In this document: one piece after another, positions 59,906 through 64,000 of the stretch
Numbering within the stretch: the stretch's first letter is position 1
How the letters are laid out: the number at the start of each line of letters is the position of its first letter
From: a virus
Strand: one strand, 5' to 3'
IMG/VR virus record: IMGVR_UViG_3300038856_000064
Coordinates: 111,149-175,148 of that record
DNA length: 64,000 nt
Translations under genes and position numbers: made by a program
Notes under the pieces: generated by a model
What the model saw: only the letters and a program-made list of their open reading frames with translations
Told to the model about the DNA's origin: nothing
The model's database searches: none

Positions 59906-61210
59906 ATGAAAAGTGAATACCTTGAGGTTGTGCAGTCACTGCGCAGACATCACGCTCTCTTTGCGCAATTTTGGACCGTTGGTAATATTGTAGAGACTCG
60001 CCATCCGAAGATGCCAACAGCGGCAATTGCCTTTGATAAGAAAACGGGTGCTGGTGTTCAATTCCTTATCAACCCCGACTTTTGGGCCACTCTGAATAGT
60101 CACGACAAGGCGTTCGTGATTGCCCATGAGATCATGCACGTATACCTTGACCATGGTCGCAGGTCGCTAGGTCTTGATGGAACTAAAGCCAACATCGCAC
60201 AGGATGTCGTCATTAATCATTATCTAGTTGATTTCTTTGATTTTGATCGTAGCAAGTTGTCGTTCGCCGACAGATATTGTTGGATCGATACCGTTTTTCC
60301 TGATCGTAAAGACATTGAACCTAATCGTTGTTTTGAATACTATTATGACAAACTTCCAGAGGACAATACGGGTGGTGGAGGTGATGAATCGGGTGAGGGT
60401 GTGGGGTATGGTAACGGTAGCGATCCTGTTACTGTCGACGTCCATGATTTTATGGGCGACGTAGACGAAGATCTTCTAGATGAAATTCAGAAGGCGGCAG
60501 AAGACCTTATGGATCGAATCACCCCAGAGGAAGTCGAGAAGTTCGAGGAGATTATCAGCACCAATAAGGAAGAGTCCAAGAAAGCCCAACAACAAAAGGC
60601 TGGCACTATGGCTGGGGTTTTGAAGAAGCGTATCAGCCTCGGTAGAGTTCAGAAGAAGCCAAAGTGGGAGACTGTTATCGCTAAGGAAGTGGGTCGTCTA
60701 GGTGGTCGTTATAAGGATATGGACATCGAGCTATGGACTCGACCTAATCGTAGGCTTGCAGGAATGGGCGGCGACCTAATTCTCCCAGCAACCGTGAATG
60801 AGACGATTTCTGTCCGAGACAGGGTCGACGTCTGGTTCTTTCAGGATACTTCTGGATCTTGTGTTGACTATGCGGAGCGATTCTTTAAGGCTGCGGCGTC
60901 TATTCCCGAGGATCGCTTTAAGATTAGGATGTTCTGTTTTGATACTAAGGTATACGAAACCAGCTTAAGTAGCGGCAAGCTCTACGGTTTTGGAGGAACA
61001 TCATTTCAACCGATCGAAAACTATATTCAAAAGCTGGTCAAAGAGGAAGAATGTAAGTACCCACAAGCGGTATTTATTATCACCGATGGATATGGCAGTA
61101 GTGTAAACCCCGAATTTGCTAATAAGTGGCACTGGTTCTTGACACAGGGTGGAGCTACCCACCATATTCCCGCCGACTCACATACCTACAAGCTGGAGGA
61201 TTATGAGTGA
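59906..61210 (+). CDS. Metallopeptidase-like (HExxH) + VWA domain protein (DUF2201 type)
   Basis: PTAA, HEIMH, NIAQD..IN; DTSGS, FDT, GGTSF, IITDG. Confidence 0.88.
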   Translation: MKSEYLEVVQSLRRHHALFAQFWTVGNIVETRHPKMPTAAIAFDKKTGAGVQFLINPDFWATLNSHDKAFVIAHEIMHVYLDHGRRSLGLDGTKANIAQDVVINHYLVDFFDFDRSKLSFADRYCWIDTVFPDRKDIEPNRCFEYYYDKLPEDNTGGGGDESGEGVGYGNGSDPVTVDVHDFMGDVDEDLLDEIQKAAEDLMDRITPEEVEKFEEIISTNKEESKKAQQQKAGTMAGVLKKRISLGRVQKKPKWETVIAKEVGRLGGRYKDMDIELWTRPNRRLAGMGGDLILPATVNETISVRDRVDVWFFQDTSGSCVDYAERFFKAAASIPEDRFKIRMFCFDTKVYETSLSSGKLYGFGGTSFQPIENYIQKLVKEEECKYPQAVFIITDGYGSSVNPEFANKWHWFLTQGGATHHIPADSHTYKLEDYE

Positions 61211-61667
61211 TCGGATTTTGTTCCAGCTAAATCTCGCCAAAATGAGAGCGCCGTTTAACGATCCAATCTTCGATGACTTCAAGGATCAACTAGAGGAACT
61301 ACACATCTTGGCAGAGACGCATCCTGGATTCGTGTGGCGCTACAAGGGCGAGGATGATGTCGATGGCTATATCAAGCCATATCCGAATGCACCACTGATT
61401 ATGGCTAACCTATCAGCCTGGGTGGACTATCAGTCGTTGTTTTCATATACCTTTTCCGGTAGGCATCTAGAAATTATGAAGAGTAAAAGGAAGTGGTTTT
61501 CTAGGTTGACGTCGCCCCATAACGTGATATACTATGGTGAGCGAAATGACCTGGCTAAGCCGGGTGTGGAGTTGTTAAATACTGCAAAGCGGCGTTTGAA
61601 TTATCTTCGTGTGTATGGAGATACGCCGATTGCGTTTGGTTTTGGATCAGGTATAGAGGCATCATGA
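61203..61667 (+). CDS. DUF3291-like protein
   Basis: QLNLA...LAETHPGFVWR...NLSAW...H.EIMK...WF...RL..LR..GDTP.AF. Confidence 0.75.
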   Translation: MSDRILFQLNLAKMRAPFNDPIFDDFKDQLEELHILAETHPGFVWRYKGEDDVDGYIKPYPNAPLIMANLSAWVDYQSLFSYTFSGRHLEIMKSKRKWFSRLTSPHNVIYYGERNDLAKPGVELLNTAKRRLNYLRVYGDTPIAFGFGSGIEAS

Positions 61668-62023
61668 CCTGCGCAGAATGTAACGGCACCGGACAGATTG
61701 TGCTCTTTACGAGCGTAACGAAGTGTGGGTGTAAAGAAAGATATTATAGTCTGGTCCATTCTCGTCATAAGGATGAATCGACTCACCATGATGAGTTCAA
61801 ACCATTTATAGATGACGTTCTGAATGAGCTACTAGATGTATTTGTCATGAAGATTTCTAATGATTTTCGAGTTTATACAGATCCAGATATCATTCGAATC
61901 GAATCTGTTCATAAAGATCATTGGGCTTATTTTTTAACCCTTTCGTATTTCGACATTGTGATAGATCGTAACGACGACGGCTGTATCCTTATCATTAAGA
62001 AAAAGATCGATGACGATTCCTAA
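61664..62023 (+). CDS. Hypothetical Zn-finger protein
   Basis: CAECNGTG..C.C. Confidence 0.55.
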   Translation: MTCAECNGTGQIVLFTSVTKCGCKERYYSLVHSRHKDESTHHDEFKPFIDDVLNELLDVFVMKISNDFRVYTDPDIIRIESVHKDHWAYFLTLSYFDIVIDRNDDGCILIIKKKIDDDS

Positions 62024-62402
62024 TCGCTACTATAAGTTTGCCCGCGCGGCACTTGAGCTTGCTGGTGCTCTTGATAACGGTATGACCCACCAACTCTGCT
62101 CCCTAGTAGTCAGTAAGAATCAGGTACTTTCCGTAGGTTACAACTCACGTAAAACCCACACCATGATGAGTGACAGTAAGATGAACATGATTCATGCAGA
62201 GTGCGACGCCCTACTGCGATGTGCCTCGCCAAAGGGCGTAGACGTCGTTGTGGCGCGCGCTAAGCCGTCTGGGCTGCCGGGACTAGCCAAGCCATGCGAG
62301 GTCTGTGAGGGGATCTTGAGGCGTTCTGGAGTGCGACGTGTGATCTACACCACGAATTGTGATTCGGTCGATGATATGCAACTAGAGGAAATGAGATTGT
62401 GA
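62010..62402 (+). CDS. Cytidine/dCMP deaminase-family protein
   Basis: VGYN, HAE, AKPCEVC. Confidence 0.85.
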   Translation: MTIPNRYYKFARAALELAGALDNGMTHQLCSLVVSKNQVLSVGYNSRKTHTMMSDSKMNMIHAECDALLRCASPKGVDVVVARAKPSGLPGLAKPCEVCEGILRRSGVRRVIYTTNCDSVDDMQLEEMRL

Positions 62403-62978
62403 CAACTAGAGAAGAAGGTTATGTTGGTCCTATAGATTGGACTTACGATTTTAAATCTCATGGATGGGGCCAAAAAGGTTCAGTTAATCCAGACTGCATC
62501 GACAGACAGATTGAGTGGCTGAAGAAATTGGATGCCACTAGTAACAATCAATGGTCTGCCTCAACCTACACAGGGTGGCCTAGAATTTGGCATAAGGTCA
62601 TTAGTGTGGGAATGTATATTGGGTGGCCATATTGGCGCCCGATTCCGAGTGTACTTTTGCAGGGTCCCCTGGGGCCAGAGTGGCATTCTTTTCTTAGCTT
62701 AACGGGGGTTAGCGATGGTAAAACTAGTTTCACTGGATGATGATAATTTTGTATCTGAGTTCGAGGATTTTAAAGAAGAGTGTTGCGCCGCTGATGTACA
62801 CAATCACCCCGAAATATTCGGCAAAATTCATCGAGCATACGAGATTTTTGATATGAGCGATAGATATACATTAGATGCAGTTATCGGTGGACTAATCGGA
62901 AATATGGCTTATTATCGACAGATGATGGACGGCACTCATGATGAGCTAAGCACACACGAGGAAAAAGATGGGAACTAG
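62399..62978 (+). CDS. Two hypothetical proteins (62399..62740 and 62715..62978)
   Basis: Coupled ORFs. Confidence 0.5.
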
Positions 62979-63567
62979 AAACTTAACCTGTATCATTAAG
63001 GATGGCCTTTTTCGCGTAGCTCAATATGGGCAGTGGGATGGATATCCTTCCGGTGCGGGGGCATATATTCTGAATTTTTTAAATAATCAGGATAATATTC
63101 AGTTGCTTGAAAATGCATTAGAGCGTGTTAAATTCTATGCGGATGGTGAACTTGAGCAAAAGTTAGATAAGGCTGGTATGAATTGCGGAATTGTTGTCGG
63201 CTCTGAACAAGAACGAGAATACCAGAAACAATTCTTTTGGACTGATCGCGACCTGAGATATAAGATTCTAGATGCTCTGATTAATCGAGATGATCCGATT
63301 ATCATGCTTGATAATCAACTTGATTTTGCTGGAGATAGCCTTTTTTGTGAATGGGCCTATGTTATTGATCTAGACCAGATGACCCTAGGGATTTATAAGG
63401 GATTCAATGAAGACCCTAAGGCAGACAATGGAGTATTCTCTGGAATAGTACCAACTGATGATGAAGGTAGGTATCAAACGGTAGCATTAGTTAAAAATTA
63501 CCCACTAGATGACCTGCCGAATCCCGAAACGTTTGTCGAGGAATGCGACCCACCTGAGGGAGATTAA
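62968..63567 (+). CDS. Conserved phage hypothetical protein
   Basis: MGTR..AQYGQWDGYP..G, CEWAYVIDLD. Confidence 0.7.
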   Translation: MGTRNLTCIIKDGLFRVAQYGQWDGYPSGAGAYILNFLNNQDNIQLLENALERVKFYADGELEQKLDKAGMNCGIVVGSEQEREYQKQFFWTDRDLRYKILDALINRDDPIIMLDNQLDFAGDSLFCEWAYVIDLDQMTLGIYKGFNEDPKADNGVFSGIVPTDDEGRYQTVALVKNYPLDDLPNPETFVEECDPPEGD

Positions 63568-64000
63568 AAAATATTCAACTTTTCCTGGACGAAATCCTCT
63601 AGTTGCCACATAATATAATAAGAAAGGCGCCCGTCTTTCATCTTTTGCTTACCACAGCACCTAGGAGGTTTTGAATATGCATCAACAAAATATCTATCAG
63701 CAAGTGGTTACGCAATACCGACTGGAGGTGATCAGGTATCTCTTCGACTAATGTCGTCGTAGGGGTATGGATCACTAAGTGGGCATACCCCACCTTTAAA
63801 ACAGGGTGGGACTGGATCTAGGATTCTATGGATGATAGTGGATTATTAACGCGAATGGCGATGGATGACTCTAGAGTATCATCTAGGTCTCGATGGTCTT
63901 ATATGTCAAAATATAGCTTTAAAAGATGGATAGTTCAGCCTGTGCGAAACACTTCAATAACTCCGGCTTTCACTCGCGACGTACAAGATACACCTAGATA

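Noticed and set aside
29486-61789. Minus-strand ORFs in the early arm (e.g. 29486..30079, 35514..36146)
   Set aside because: Shadows of GC-rich plus-strand genes that have their own promoters and coupling
1-64000. TAG stop-codon reassignment, suggested by the abundance of CTAG
   Set aside because: Long conserved genes are intact in code 11 and TAG stops abut the next start codons
63677-64000. Coding features at the window end
   Set aside because: Only a 24-aa ORF with RBS and an open frame from 63828 without motifs; cannot be called with the sequence truncated

Overview
A 64-kb segment of a large tailed dsDNA phage (Caudoviricetes), standard genetic code, with no integrase or CRISPR seen. 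Bases 1 to ~29.5 kb are a minus-strand late/morphogenesis arm. It runs from a sigma-like factor through a frameshifted ERCC4 nuclease, intein-containing terminase, portal, protease/scaffold, decoration, major capsid, an inserted nuclease-Mom fusion, neck, tail tube and chaperones to a tape measure gene cut by the window edge. At ~29.55 kb the strand switches and GC rises sharply into a plus-strand early region of short, often leaderless gene cassettes, followed by nucleic-acid enzymes (DNA ligase, RNase H, CCA-adding/HD, Thg1-like, deaminase, MoxR/VWA). The most unusual part is a non-coding RNA island at 33.6-35.3 kb. It holds two miniature tmRNA-like RNAs that keep only the alanine-accepting tRNA-like domain, a third tRNA mimic, pseudoknots, and a hammerhead ribozyme that would release a repeat-bearing sRNA. 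The window also shows a 9-copy spaced DNA motif between early cassettes, four promoter classes including sigma28-type, and pervasive CAHCTAG motifs. All calls come from reading motifs by eye; no database search or folding program was run.
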